From contig OZ024745.1 in the NCBI GenBank assembly GCA_964016885.1, forward strand, positions 103,230,001 to 103,294,000: a stretch of DNA of 64,000 nucleotides, read 5' to 3'. Shown in pieces: positions 51,439-64,000 of the stretch. Position 1 is the stretch's first letter, and the number at the start of each line of letters is the position of its first letter. The translations under genes and the position numbers were made by a program. The DNA comes from Eledone cirrhosa (taxonomy: Eukaryota). A model generated the notes under the pieces. It was not told the origin of the DNA. It was given only the letters and a program-made list of their open reading frames with translations, and made no database searches.

Positions 51439-51637
51439 TTAACCCTTTAGCGTTTATATTACTCTACTATTATATTTTCATGGTAAAGTCTCACATAATA
51501 TGGAATTTACAAGATTTTGTGACGTTATTATTTATTTTAAGAACAATACCTTAATGCCAGTATGAGTGGCCAATTTGAACAGAATGAGGTGAGAAAATTG
51601 TGGCCAGATATGGCCAGTTTAAATGCTAAAGAGTTAA
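51439..51637 (-). mobile_element. piggyBac-type MITE P1 (diverged)
   Basis: TTAA-CCCTTTAGCG ... TAAATGCTAAAGAG-TTAA. Confidence 0.8.
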
Positions 51638-52297
51638 TGATTAAATATCCCCCTTTAGTTTACTGGGAACCATGTTATTATACCAAAAGGTTTTGCATGA
51701 AACAACACATAAGGTCAGGGATCTAACTTTCTTTTTCTTGGTAAAGTAAATTTTAAACTTAATTGTCAATGGATGTTGCACTTATACAATGGATGTTGCA
51801 CTGTTTTTAAACAGTTACTTTTTCTCAAGCAAGACCAACTGTCTCAAACTAGGCCTATTATCTGGGTTGTCAACCCAACAATGAGTGATGCAGCTTATGT
51901 AATCACTTCAAAAATTCTTTGAAATAAAGAGTTAATGTTTTAACCAAAAACAATAACAAACACAATTAGAACATTAGTCATTGGAGATAAAGCAATGTCA
52001 GCACAACAACTATAGTGTATACTACAAACCATTCCATTGTGAATGTAACTGAAACCAAAGTGAAGTTTATTTGTTAAAAATGTCTTATGTAAAATGAAGA
52101 AAAACCAACATGCCATGGATTGTTTCATTTTACTATATTTTGTTTACAAATTCTTAACACATGTTCACCTTTATCTTTCAAAATTAAATATTGATTCTTT
52201 AGAGGGAACAAACATATCTGAATAACAATAAGGATGTTTTCACTGGATAACTATCAATTATAGAGACACGTATCAAATGTTTTATGATCTAAATAAT

Positions 52298-52424
52298 TGT
52301 TTCAACTTTAGGCACAATGCCAGCAATTACCCAGTGCATTACTGGTACTTTATTTTATCGACCCCGTAAGGATGAAAGGCAAAGTCAACCTCGGCAGGAT
52401 TTGAACTTAGATCGTAAAGGGACG
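52298..52424 (-). mobile_element. 5'-truncated SINE family B
   Basis: TSD TCTAAATAAT on both sides. Confidence 0.85.
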
Positions 52425-55400
52425 TCTAAATAATGATTTCTAATTCAGGCACAAAGCCAATGCCTTCTCTATTCTGTCTGCCGGAGCCATGGGGCAGCCA
52501 GTGCATGGGACCCCATTTGCTCATAATAGTAAGAGATGGTAAGGGCGGGAGAGACAAAGGCGATGACAGTGGGAGTTTGGTTCCTTTGTGTTCGGACCTG
52601 GTGTACATGTGTGTGTAATTTTACACCATCAACCCTTTCATTTCATTATTTTTAGGAATTGGAAAAAAATTTACAATTTGAGGGAAGATGAAATTTGATT
52701 ACATCAACCCAGTACATAACTGGTTATCCAAATATTAACACAAAGCAGTTGCAAAAGCAATAATGATAGATACTATTTTTAAATTTGGGTCTTTGCTTTA
52801 TACTGTTTCTACCATAGTATTCTCTGACCATCTTCAAGAGTTATTTCTTTATATACACACACAGTTTTTAATGATATGATCAGAACAGTGTTAAACTACT
52901 AGTAAATAACAAACATCAGATAATGAACTGGTTTGAAAACCTTAGCAAAATGATAAAAAACTAGTTTGATCTACAAATCGAAATACTGTGAAATCCAAGA
53001 TAGATGACATAAAGGAAGAGGAGGGATATATTTTATGGTTTAAACCTTTCAATTCTATCAGCTGTCAGATAATTAAAACTTCTCATCAAAATATTGATTT
53101 GATTTCAATGAGTTCATAGCATCTTTTATGAGGAGCTAGTGAAATAGTGTCAATGTAATTAAACTGAATGCAATGAAAGGGAGAGATACTTACAAATGAA
53201 ATATGTACTTTTAACGTAGATTTGGAAAAGCTTTTGAGATAAATCCTACTCTTAAGAGTATCATCATTCTTATTGAAGAGGTGGATAAATAGATTTAAGA
53301 AGAAAGCATTCATAAATTATTAAAAGTATATTTCCTTGCAATAAAGCTATTGTTATTTTAGGTGATGAATTAGCAGCAGTATTAGAGCAACAGATGGAAT
53401 GTCTTATAGTATTTATTCTGACATCTTGCATTCTGAGTTCAAATCATGCTGAGGTCAACTTTGCCTTTCATCTTTCCAGTACCAATTTAGAGTGGTGGAT
53501 CATTGGAATTGTTAGAACATTGGATAGAATGCTTTGTGGTATTTGTTCCAGTTCTTTATATTTTGGGTTGAAATACTAAAGTGGCTTGCTTGAGTAATAG
53601 TAGACTTAACCATTCATCCAGTGTTATACCACTGCTTTACATTTGGGTGCCTTTCTGGAAAGGCCTTCTGTTGCAAGTATTCAAGTCCCCAGTTTAAAGA
53701 TACCTCCCTCACTTTCATCACTCTTGGAGACCCTGATTAACTGATAAAAAATAATTTCTTAGTTACTTGTGTCCAACATTGAAAATAGTTACACAAATTT
53801 TGTATTAAATAATTTATGATACACTAAGATAATAAGGGGGGAGGGGCATTTTACCTGTGATAAGATTAAACATTTAGTGCAACACATAGGATTTCAAAAT
53901 TTTCTTCTATTGCGTAACTTACTTTTCTGCTTTTAAGAAGATTTTCCAAGGAATAAGAATTTTGAAAATAAAATCTGTTAGAGCTACTCACAGTTAAAGG
54001 ATAAAGGACCCATAACTCCTTGTGGAGTCATAGAGGTACCATCACACGGCATGTCTAGGGCACTTTTAAATGTGACAGAACCCAACTCTCTCCAGGTCTG
54101 AACACAACCGATTTTTTCTATAGAAGAAGAATCGACCACAGTACTGGACTAGTATTTTTTTTTTATTGACCTCAAGAGGATGAAAGGCAAAGTTGACCCT
54201 GGTGGGATTTAAACTCAGAACGAGCAATGAAGTAAGACGAATACTGTAAAGTATTCTATCTGAAGTCTTAACGACTCTGCCATTTTACTGCCTAAGTTAG
54301 AAGAGCTAAAAAGTGAGGGTAAGTTTACTTGTTATGTTTAGCATTTTCCATTAAGTTTTCTTAATTTTTATTATTAAACATAGTAAGTAATACAAATACA
54401 GACCTTTCTCTCTCATTGATACTTTTATCTGCAAATTGTATATTTGACCAAAGCCTATGAAGTAATAAATACAGAACAAGCTGAAAATACAAAGAGAATT
54501 ATTAAGATATTTCTCTATGAAACAAAGTTTTATATATCTATTCTTATCATATGCTTCAACAGTCTATAAACAATCTTTATAGTCTTAAATAACAGTAGGC
54601 ATCAAGAATATCTTTACGCGAAATTTACAGACCATAAGTAATTTATATAGTTTTAAATAACAGAATAATCATCAAAAATATCTTCACATGAAATTATCAA
54701 ATTATCACTAAAATCAACATCACTACCATCAGTATTGCCATATCCAATGTCAGTTTATTATCAGCTTTTCTCTTTTAAATAAAACTGTCACAGACTAAGG
54801 TTGTCAATAACTTTCTAAAGCAGCTGTACTCTTTTCCACCATTTTGTCTCATTTGCTTCTAAAATGAGACAAACTCATTAATCATCACTAATTTGATTCT
54901 TATCTTTCTTTATAATCCTATTGTAAAAGCATTACAGGTTAAATCTAATTTTAAAGGTCAATTGCTTCCTTCAGATTATCAAACTTTCATTGATGAAAAT
55001 TGATGAATTTACAGTGAGACATTGAAAGATCTTTCTAACAGAAAATTCACTAATGTTTATTAAAGTAAGGTTTCTCTTACTTTAATATACAAAACTAATA
55101 TTTGGTCAATGTTAGTTTTAAAATGTAATCATAATCATCATGTTGTCCTTTTTGTAGCCATGTTTTAGGGACAAATGCCCTGCTCGGTGCCAACTATTTC
55201 AATCTCCTCTTATAACATGTAAGGACAAAGCGTATTTATATAAACTGATTGATGTGCTAATGAGGAGAGGAATGTCACAGAAACTGAAGGGAAAGGTGTA
55301 TGCTGCATGTGAAAAGTGACATGATCTATGGAAGCACAACATGAGTAATTAATGTGATGCAGCAGAGCAGGTTGGGGAGAATGGAAAGGAGAATGGTTTG

Positions 55401-55651
55401 GTGGATGAGTGGAGTATTGCTTAGAGAGAAAAATACAAACAAAGAATTGCAGAGACTGATGGGAATAGAGCCAGTAATGAACGTTGTCAAAAGAAATGGC
55501 TAAATGATGTGTTAAGGAAAGATGAAAGTGACTGGGTTAGAGAAGTACGGGAAATAAATGTGGAAAGATGTAGAGAAAAGGAAGAAGAAAGTCATGGTTA
55601 AAGATAATGAAAGAGGAAATCAAAGCAAGGGTGGTGAAAGAAGATGTAGAG

Positions 55652-55964
55652 CAGGGGTTCCCAATCTTTTTTGTGTCATCGCCTACTTTCACATGGAAAG
55701 ATTTTCCACCATCCATTTGTATACTAAATATTCAAAAGCATACCAAAACTGTTTGGTGAAAGTTTGTTACTGGCTCATTATTCCTATTTAGCCTCTTGTT
55801 CTTTTATATACAGGTTATTTGCATATTTCCTTTGAATATTTTTTTTCCAGGTAGCATATGTTAAAAAAATATGTTAATATTCAAAATCGTATATCGTCCA
55901 CTATTTTCTGTTCAGTTGTTTATTTCCCACCAGTGGGAGATATCAGCCAAGTTAGGAAACCCTG
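55652..55964. mobile_element. hAT (Charlie-type) MITE inside an RTE remnant
   Basis: 8-bp TSD ATGTAGAG; TIR CAGGGGTTCCCAA/TTAGGAAACCCTG. Confidence 0.88.
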
Positions 55965-56299
55965 ATGTAGAGAATAGAGCAAAATATTTTTCACAAAATA
56001 ATGAAGCCTGCCATGGCACCCACAAATGTAACCCTTGAGGAAAATAGCCTCAAAATATTTCTTGTGGTGTTGTATTAGTTTTAAAATGCTCTGAAATGTG
56101 GTTTAGATTCTAAAAATTTGTTTTAAAACTTACTTTAATAAACATCAGTGAATTTTCTGTATATTTGCCAATATATATTGTTTTCTGTATATTTAATTAA
56201 GATGATGACATGAAGAATTAAAATGGATGCTTTACAACCAGATGTTTTGAATTCATTCATATGTCTTCTACTATAACTAGCCTTCAGTTGACTAATACT

Positions 56300-56515
56300 A
56301 ATTGTTTCTACTTTAGGCACAAGGCCAGCAATTTTGAGGGCGGATAAAGTGTATTAAATTGACCTCAGTGCATTACAGGTATTTTATCGACACCGTAAGG
56401 ATGAAAGGCAAAGCTAACATCAGAGGGATTTGAACTCAGTACGCAAAGGGCCGGAACTCTATTCTGTAAAGCACGGTCTCCGACGCTCTACTAATTCTGC
56501 TAATCTACCGCCCCT
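56300..56515 (-). mobile_element. SINE family B
   Basis: Same head, core and tail as other family B copies. Confidence 0.8.
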
Positions 56516-56532
56516 AATAGTAATAGTAATAA

Positions 56533-57339
56533 CTAGCAGAATGGCCCGGCGTTGCTCGGGATTTGCTCTAGGGTTCTTATATATTTGATATATATTTATC
56601 CTTATCGAGCCTCGTGAAATAAATACGTTTGTTTATATTTTGTTATTGTGTATGCAAAAATATCTGTACAAGAATATATAATTATATATATATATATATT
56701 AAAATAACTGTTTCTACGTTAGGCACAAGGCCAGCAATTACCCAGTGTATTACTGGTACTTCATTTTATCGACCCCGTAAGGATGAAAGGCAAAGTTAAC
56801 ATATTGAAATAACATTAAAGTTTAAGCAAAGAATCGCTGCTTTCACCCTTAACGGGATCTTCTGAAACTAAAAAAATCAATCTGTGAACGCAGAAGTAAA
56901 TATTTCGAAAAACGTTGCAACTGAAAGAAAACAGGAAGACGATACTTTGGTTCGTGAAGACGTTCCCTGGCATAAGAATATATATATATATTCACACACT
57001 ATATATACATATATACACACACACACACTGATCACATCATAATGATGTTATGCAGATAGTCAGGCATACAGACAGATAATATAAGGGCGCGACATCATAT
57101 CTATGTATCTATCTAAAAAGCGAAAGACTAAGAGAGAGAGAGAAAGAGATCATTAAATCACCTAATGCGATCCCTAGGGCATTGAAAGTTTGAAATTCTT
57201 TTTGCTCAGAACACTCAATAGGACCATAAGTATTACATGTGTAAAGTTTGAAAACAATCGGTTGGGTGGTTCTCGAGTTTTAGTGATTGTACAGACAGAC
57301 AGACAGACAAACAGACATTCTCTGTTTTAGTAATATAGA
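56533..57339 (-). mobile_element. Non-autonomous Helitron with nested insertions
   Basis: Minus strand starts A|TCTATATTACTAAAACAGAGAATG(TCTG)n and ends CCCGAGCAACGCCGGG...CTAG|T, the same 3' hairpin as 32721-32749. Confidence 0.85.
56819..56869 (-). ncRNA. Hammerhead-like variant (CAGAAGA core), second copy
   Basis: AGUUU CAGAAGA UCCC-guuaa-GGGU GAA AGCA-gcgauucuu-UGCU U AAACU; 4-bp stem III. Confidence 0.45.
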
Positions 57340-57342
57340 TAA

Positions 57343-57730
57343 TAATTGTTTCTATTTTTGGCACAAGGCCAGCAATTATCCCAGTGCATTACTGGGGCTT
57401 TATTTTATCGACTCTGTAAGGATGAAAGGCAAAGTTAACGTCGGTGGGATTTGAACTCAGACTGTAAAGGGGCGTAACTCTATGCTACAAAGCATGATGT
57501 CTGACCCTCTACCGGTACTATAGGTGTAATTCTGTTTAAAGCTCTTATATCACAATGTTAAATACAAAACTTGAAGTAATTGTAACACTGTTTATTTTCA
57601 CCTCCTATTATTATAATACTTTACAATCCCACCGAGGTTGACTTTGCCTTTCATCCTTATGGGGTCGATATAATAAAGTACCAGTAATGCACTGGGTAAT
57701 TGCTGGCCTTGTGCCTAAAGTAGAAACAAT
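57343..57730. mobile_element. Two SINE family B copies in inverted orientation
   Basis: 57343-57520 (-) and 57625-57730 (+, 16-bp TSD TATTATAATACTTTAC). Confidence 0.85.
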
Positions 57731-59494
57731 TATTATAATACTTTACTTCATTTTACTTGTTCTTTTTTTGTACTCATGTACTCATGTACTCATGTACAAA
57801 ACATTGTTCCTTATACATATTTATACATATATTATTTAATTTCAGTCACTAAATTTCAGTCAGTTGTAGAAATGAGTTGCGACGTCAGTGGTGTCAAGCT
57901 GTATCGGCCATTGCCTTTCCCTTTAACATCATCAGTGGCAAGGAAAGGGGAAGCAGGTATGCATGGGCAACTGCTGGTCTTCCACAAATAACTTTGCCTG
58001 GACTTGTGCCTTGGAGGGAAACAGTCTAGGTCCAAATCCCATGGTTATTCGTGACTGAAAGGGGTTTTTACTTTTTTTTTTTTTACATTGATCAATCCTT
58101 AGCTATTGTAAAAGACACTTGCCCAAGTGCCACAAAGCTAGGATGAACATGGTACCAAATGGTTGAGAAGCAAACTTCTTTTCACACAACCATACACATG
58201 ACCATGTAAAATATTTTAAAGAAACTGATTTATTCCCTCTGAATAAATAATGTACAAGCAATTTTCCAGTAAATGTACACCTGCTTTTGATCAGCATTAA
58301 TGCAGTAAATCAGGCATTTATTTCCTAATCAAATGATCATCAAATTATGTGAAGGTCACAAGTTCAGTGATAAAATTAGAACATACATTTTAAATTAACG
58401 GTTATCAACTGCTAGGTGTTAGCATTTAGGAAACTTATTCAGCAATTGACTGACCTTTAACACAGAAATGCTTTTCATAGTAACTCTTGATGAAGTAGGT
58501 TTCACTTAGATTTTGCTACTTGTAATAAGGAAGATATTATCTTACAACAGTTAATACATAATTGATGCTGCTTTATAATACCTTAAAGTTACAACACTTT
58601 CATGAAAGTGTTGTAGCATAGTTGGTAAGCTCATGTGGAAGGGGTTGAGGAACAAAGGGAGTATCAAATTCGATCCTTGTGTGTGTATATTTTACTTGAT
58701 ATACTGTCAGGATAAACATGAACCCAACAACTCTTATTTCTCCAACCATTGAAATTGATAGGGATGATCCCGCTTTGTTGCATTTTTCTGGTTACGAAAT
58801 GACAAGTAATTCAATATTCAGCACTATTTAGCACATTACTAAAAATATTGTTTACCATGAGAGGAAAGGACAAGACTTATAAACCCTTTCAGACAAGCAG
58901 AGTCACTGCAAGTGATGTTCCGCTTGAACTTATGCATGTTATTTATTCTCAGATTAGCTCTGATTGGACAGGCCTATGCTCGAAGCTGATAAAGCTAAGA
59001 CCACCAAGTCATTTTCTTTTCTTTTGGGGACATTATACATCCAGAACTGCATGATCTAATGTGCCCTTCCCCTTCTAAAATAGTAATGCATGATTTGAGG
59101 AAGATTTGACAGCTATTTCTTACAGATCAAATGACTGTGTACAAGCCTAGCTGTTCACTCAACAGAAAGGTTTAAAGCTCTAGTAAAAGATCACTTTGCA
59201 AAGCTGGAACACTAGAAGGTCACTCCAGCAAACTTCTAAACCAGTGGATCTAGTAGTCGTGGAAAACCTTTATGAAGGTTCTCTTTCTCCTTACCTCTAC
59301 TTCCTTCCCAGAGTAGTGGCTCTCTCAGCAAGCAATATATAGCTGCATCATCTGCTCTGCTCTCATCTCCCCCCCCCCCCCCCCCACACACACACTCCTA
59401 TTACACATGTCTCCCCACGCTACCATCACTCACTCTTCATGACTGGTTGAGGACACAACAATCTCCTGAATGCTAATGCCACTCAAGAATACTA

Positions 59495-62400
59495 CCATAA
59501 TAAAATACACCCAGGCCACTCTATGAATTGTTAGTGCCAGTGTCATGATAAAATGCACCCAGCCCACTCTGTAAAATGATAGTGCCCATGTCATGATAGA
59601 ATACACCCAGGCCACTCTATGAAGTGTTAGTGCCAGTGTCATGATAAAATGCACCCAGCCCACTCTGTAAAATGATAGTGCCCATGTCATGATAGAATAC
59701 ACCCAGCCCACTGTATAAAGTGTTAGTGCCCGTGTCATGATAGAATACACCCAGGCCACTCTATGAAGTGTTAGTGCCAGTGTCATGATAAAATGCACCC
59801 AGCCCACTCTGTAAAATGATAGTGCCCGTGTCATGATAGAATACACCCAGGCCACTGTATGAAGTGTTAGAGCCAGTGTCATGATAAAATGCACCCAGCC
59901 CACTCTGTAAAATGATAGTGCTCGTGTCATGATAGAATACACCCAGCCCACTGTATAAAGTGTTAGTGCCAGTGTCATGGTAAAATGCACCCAGCCCACT
60001 CTGTAAAATGATAGTGCCCGTGTCATGATAGAATACACCCAGCCCACTGTATAAAGTGTTAGTGCCAGTGTCATGGTAAAATGCACCCAGCCCACTCTGT
60101 AAAATGATAGTGCCCGTGTCATGATAGAATACACCCAGCCCACTGTATAAAGTGTTAGTGCCAGTGTCATGGTAAAATGCACCCAGCCCACTCTGTAAAA
60201 TGATAGTGCCCGTGTCATGATAGAATACACCCAGCCCACTGTATAAAGTGTTAGTGCCAGTGTCATGGTAAAATGCACCCAGCCCACTCTGTAAAATGAT
60301 AGTGCCCGTGTCATGATAGAATACACCCAGCCCACTGTATAAAGTGTTAGTGCCAGTGTCATGGTAAAATGCACCCAGCCCACTCTGTAAAATGATAGTG
60401 CCCGTGTCATGATAGAATACACCCAGCCCACTGTATAAAGTGTTAGTGCCAGTGTCATGGTAAAATGCACCCAGCCCACTCTGTAAAATGATAGTGCTCG
60501 TGTCATGATAGAATACACCCAGCCCACTGTATAAAGTGTTAGTGCCAGTGTCATGATAAAATGCACCCAGCCCACTCTGTAAAATGATAGTGCCCGTGTC
60601 ATGATAGAATACACCCAGCCCACTGTATGAAGTGTTAGTGCCAGTGTCATGGTAAAATGCACCCAGCCCACTCTGTAAAATGATAGTGCCCATGTCATGA
60701 TAGAATACACCCAGCCCACTGTATGATGTGTTAGTGCCAGTGTCATGATAAAATGCACCCAGCCCACTCTGTAAAATGATAGTGCCCGTGTCATGATAGA
60801 ATACACCCAGCCCACTGTATGAAGTGTTAGTGCCAGTGTCATGATAAAATGCACCCAGCCCACTCTGTAAAATGATAGTGCCCATGTCATGATAGAATAC
60901 ACCCAGCCCACTGTATAAAGTGTTAGTGCCAGTGTCATGATAAAATGCACCCAGCCCACTCTGTAAAATGATAGTGCTCGTGTCATGATAGAATACACCC
61001 AGCCCACTGTATGAAGTGTTAGTGCCAGTGTCATGATAAAATGCACCCAGCCCACTCTGTAAAATGATAGTGCCCATGTCATGATAGAATACACCCAGCC
61101 CACTGTATAAAGTGTTAGTGCCAGTGTCATGATAAAATGCACCCAGCCCACTCTGTAAAATGATAGTGCCCGTGTCATGATAGAATACACCCAGCCCACT
61201 GTATGAAGTGTTAGTGCCAGTGTCATGGTAAAATGCACCCAGCCCACTCTGTAAAATGATAGTGCCCATGTCATGATAGAATACACCCAGCCCACTGTAT
61301 GATGTGTTAGTGCCAGTGTCATGATAAAATGCACCCAGCCCACTCTGTAAAATGATAGTGCCCGTGTCATGATAGAATACACCCAGCCCACTGTATGAAG
61401 TGTTAGTGCCAGTGTCATGGTAAAATGCACCCAGCCCACTCTGTAAAATGATAGTGCCCATGTCATGATAGAATACACCCAGCCCACTGTATGATGTGTT
61501 AGTGCCAGTGTCATGATAAAATGCACCCAGCCCACTCTGTAAAATGATAGTGCCCGTGTCATGATAGAATACACCCAGCCCACTGTATGAAGTGTTAGTG
61601 CCAGTGTCATGGTAAAATGCACCCAGCCCACTCTGTAAAATGATAGTGCCCATGTCATGATAGAATACACCCAGCCCACTGTATGATGTGTTAGTGCCAG
61701 TGTCATGATAAAATGCACCCAGCCCACTCTGTAAAATGATAGTGCTCGTGTCGTGATAGAATACACCCAGCCCACTGTATGATGTGTTAGTGCCAGTGTC
61801 ATGATAAAATGCACCCAGCCCACTCTGTAAAATGATAGTGCCCGTGTCATGATAGAATACACCCAGGCCACTGTATGAAGTGTTAGTGCCAGTGTCATGA
61901 TAAAATACACCCAGCCCACTCTGTAAAATGATAGTACCCGTGTCATGATAGAATACACCCAGCCCACTGTATGATGTGTTAGTGCCAGTGTCATGGTAAA
62001 ATGCACCCAGCCCACTCTGTAAAATGATAGTGCCCGTGTCATGATAGAATACACCCAGGCCACTGTATGAAGTGTTAGTGCCAGTGTCATGATAAAATAC
62101 ACCCAGCCCACTCTGTAAAATGATAGTACCCGTGTCATGATAGAATACACCCAGCCCACTGTATAAAGTGTTAGTGCCAGTGTCATGATAAAATGCACCC
62201 AGCCCACTCTGTAAAATGATAGTGCCCGTGTCATGATAGAATACACCCAGCCCACTGTATAAAGTGTTAGTGCCCGTGTCATGATAGAATACACCCAGGC
62301 CACTCTATGAAGTGTTAGTGCCAGTGTCATGATAAAATGCACCCAGCCCACTCTGTAAAATGATAGTGCCCATGTCATGATAGAATACACCCAGCCCACT

Positions 62401-63592
62401 GTATAAAGTGTTAGTGCCAGTGTCATGATAAAATGCACCCAGCCCACTCTGTAAAATGATAGTGCCCATGTCATGATAGAATACACCCAGGCCACTCTAT
62501 GAAGTGTTAGTGCCAGTGTCATGATAAAATACACCCAGCCCACTCTGTAAAATGATAGTGCTCGTGTCATGATAGAATACACCCAGCCCACTGTATAAAG
62601 TGTTAGTGCCAGTGTCATGATAAAATGCACCCAGCCCACTCTGTAAAATGATAGTGCTCGTGTCATGATAGAATACACCCAGCCCACTGTATGAAGTGTT
62701 AGTGCCAGTGTCATGGTAAAATGCACCCAGCCCACTCTGTAAAATGATAGTGCCCATGTCATGATAGAATACACCCAGCCCACTGTATGATGTGTTAGTG
62801 CCAGTGTCATGGTAAAATGCACCCAGCCCACTCTGTAAAATGATAGTGCTCGTGTCATGATAGAATACACCCAGCCCACTGTATAAAGTGTTAGTGCCAG
62901 TGTCATGGTAAAATGCACCCAGCCCACTCTGTAAAATGATAGTGCCCATGTCATGATAGAATACACCCAGCCCACTGTATGATGTGTTAGTGCCAGTGTC
63001 ATGATAAAATGCACCCAGCCCACTCTGTAAAATGATAGTGCCCGTGTCTTGATAGAATACACCCAGGCCACTCTATGAAATGTTAGTGCCAGTGTCATGA
63101 TAAAATGCACCCAGCCCACTCTGTAAAATGATAGTGCTCGTGTCATGATAGAATACACCCAGCCCACTGTATAAAGTGTTAGTGCCAGTGTCATGATAAA
63201 ATGCACCCAGCCCACTCTGTAAAATGATAGTGCTCGTGTCATGATAGAATACACCCAGCCCACTGTATAAAGTGTTAGTGCCAGTGTCATGATAAAATGC
63301 ACCCAGCCCACTCTGTAAAATGATAGTGCTCGTGTCATGATAGAATACACCCAGCCCACTGTATAAAGTGTTAGTGCCAGTGTCATGGTAAAATGCACCC
63401 AGCCCACTCTGTAAAATGATAGTGCCCGTGTCATGATAGAATACACCCAGCCCACTGTATAAAGTGTTAGTGCCAGTGTCATGATAAAATACACCCAGCC
63501 CACTCTGTAAAATGATAGTGCCCATGTCATGATAGAATACACCCAGCCCACTGTATAAAGTGTTAGTGCCAGTGTCATGATAAAATACACCA
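59495..63592. repeat. 4.1-kb satellite: 48-bp A/B monomers forming a 96-bp higher-order repeat (~85 monomers)
   Basis: A = CCACTCTGTAAAATGATAGTGCCCGTGTCATGATAGAATACACCCAGC; B = CCACTGTATAAAGTGTTAGTGCCAGTGTCATGATAAAATGCACCCAGC; mostly alternating. Confidence 0.97.
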
Positions 63593-63785
63593 AGTTCACT
63601 CAATGAAATGGTGGTACTAACGTCAATAAAATACACTCAATAAAGTGGATGGGGTTAGGAAGAAAATCCAGCTGTAGAAACCGTAGCAAACTGGAACATA
63701 TTAGGATATGGTCATTCAACCTGTCTCATCTCAGAACATGACAACCCATCCAACCATTGAAAATGAGCATAAAATGATGATGATG
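63593..63785 (+). mobile_element. SINE-A/RTE-type tail directly continuing the satellite
   Basis: GTTAGGAAGAAAATCCAGCTGTAGAAAC...ACAACCCATCCAACC...AAAATGATGATGAT. Confidence 0.75.
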
Positions 63786-63854
63786 TATATTTTATTAAAT
63801 TACCTGGTCCAGCTGACTGCCTCTATCCATGTGTGTGTGTATATGTATGAGACA

Positions 63855-64000
63855 GTGCATGGCTTAGTGGTTAAGGTGTTGGACTTACAATTATAATGTC
63901 ATGGGTTCTATTTCTGACTGTATGTTGTGTTCTTGAACAAACCACTTCATTTTACATTGCTCTAGTATACTCAGCTTAAAATGAGAACCAGCAATAGCTA
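63855..64000 (+). mobile_element. Diverged SINE family A 5' part
   Basis: CATGGCTTAGTGGTTAAGG head and a CORE-like segment. Confidence 0.65.

Noticed and set aside
59495-63592. CRISPR-like array
   Set aside because: No unique spacers; the whole unit repeats; eukaryotic context with no cas genes.

Overview
AT-rich, repeat-saturated eukaryotic DNA with no intact host gene. The SINE/LINE repertoire looks like an octopus (coleoid cephalopod) genome; this is inferred from repeat motifs only. The window holds several tRNA-headed SINE families (CORE-like/RTE-tailed and Nin/Deu-like) and decayed LINEs: a near full-length R4/Dong-type RLE element, a second R4/Dong 3' fragment, and CR1 and RTE fragments. 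DNA elements include a fossil hAT (Charlie/Buster) transposase, two hAT MITEs with 8-bp TSDs, TTAA-flanked piggyBac-type MITEs and two non-autonomous Helitrons. There are many micro- and minisatellites, including a 4.1-kb 48/96-bp higher-order array that appears to have grown out of an internal SINE repeat unit. The most striking region is ~33.2-37.1 kb. It is a string of short non-coding elements sitting in (TA)n tracts, several of them long palindromes, together carrying about seven type-I hammerhead ribozyme motifs on both strands. These look like Penelope-like pLTR remnants or non-autonomous ribozyme elements. Several share an unusual C-C mismatch at position 4 of stem II, and a CAGAAGA-core variant occurs at two distant loci. 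All coordinates and pairings were read by eye; no folding or database searches were run.
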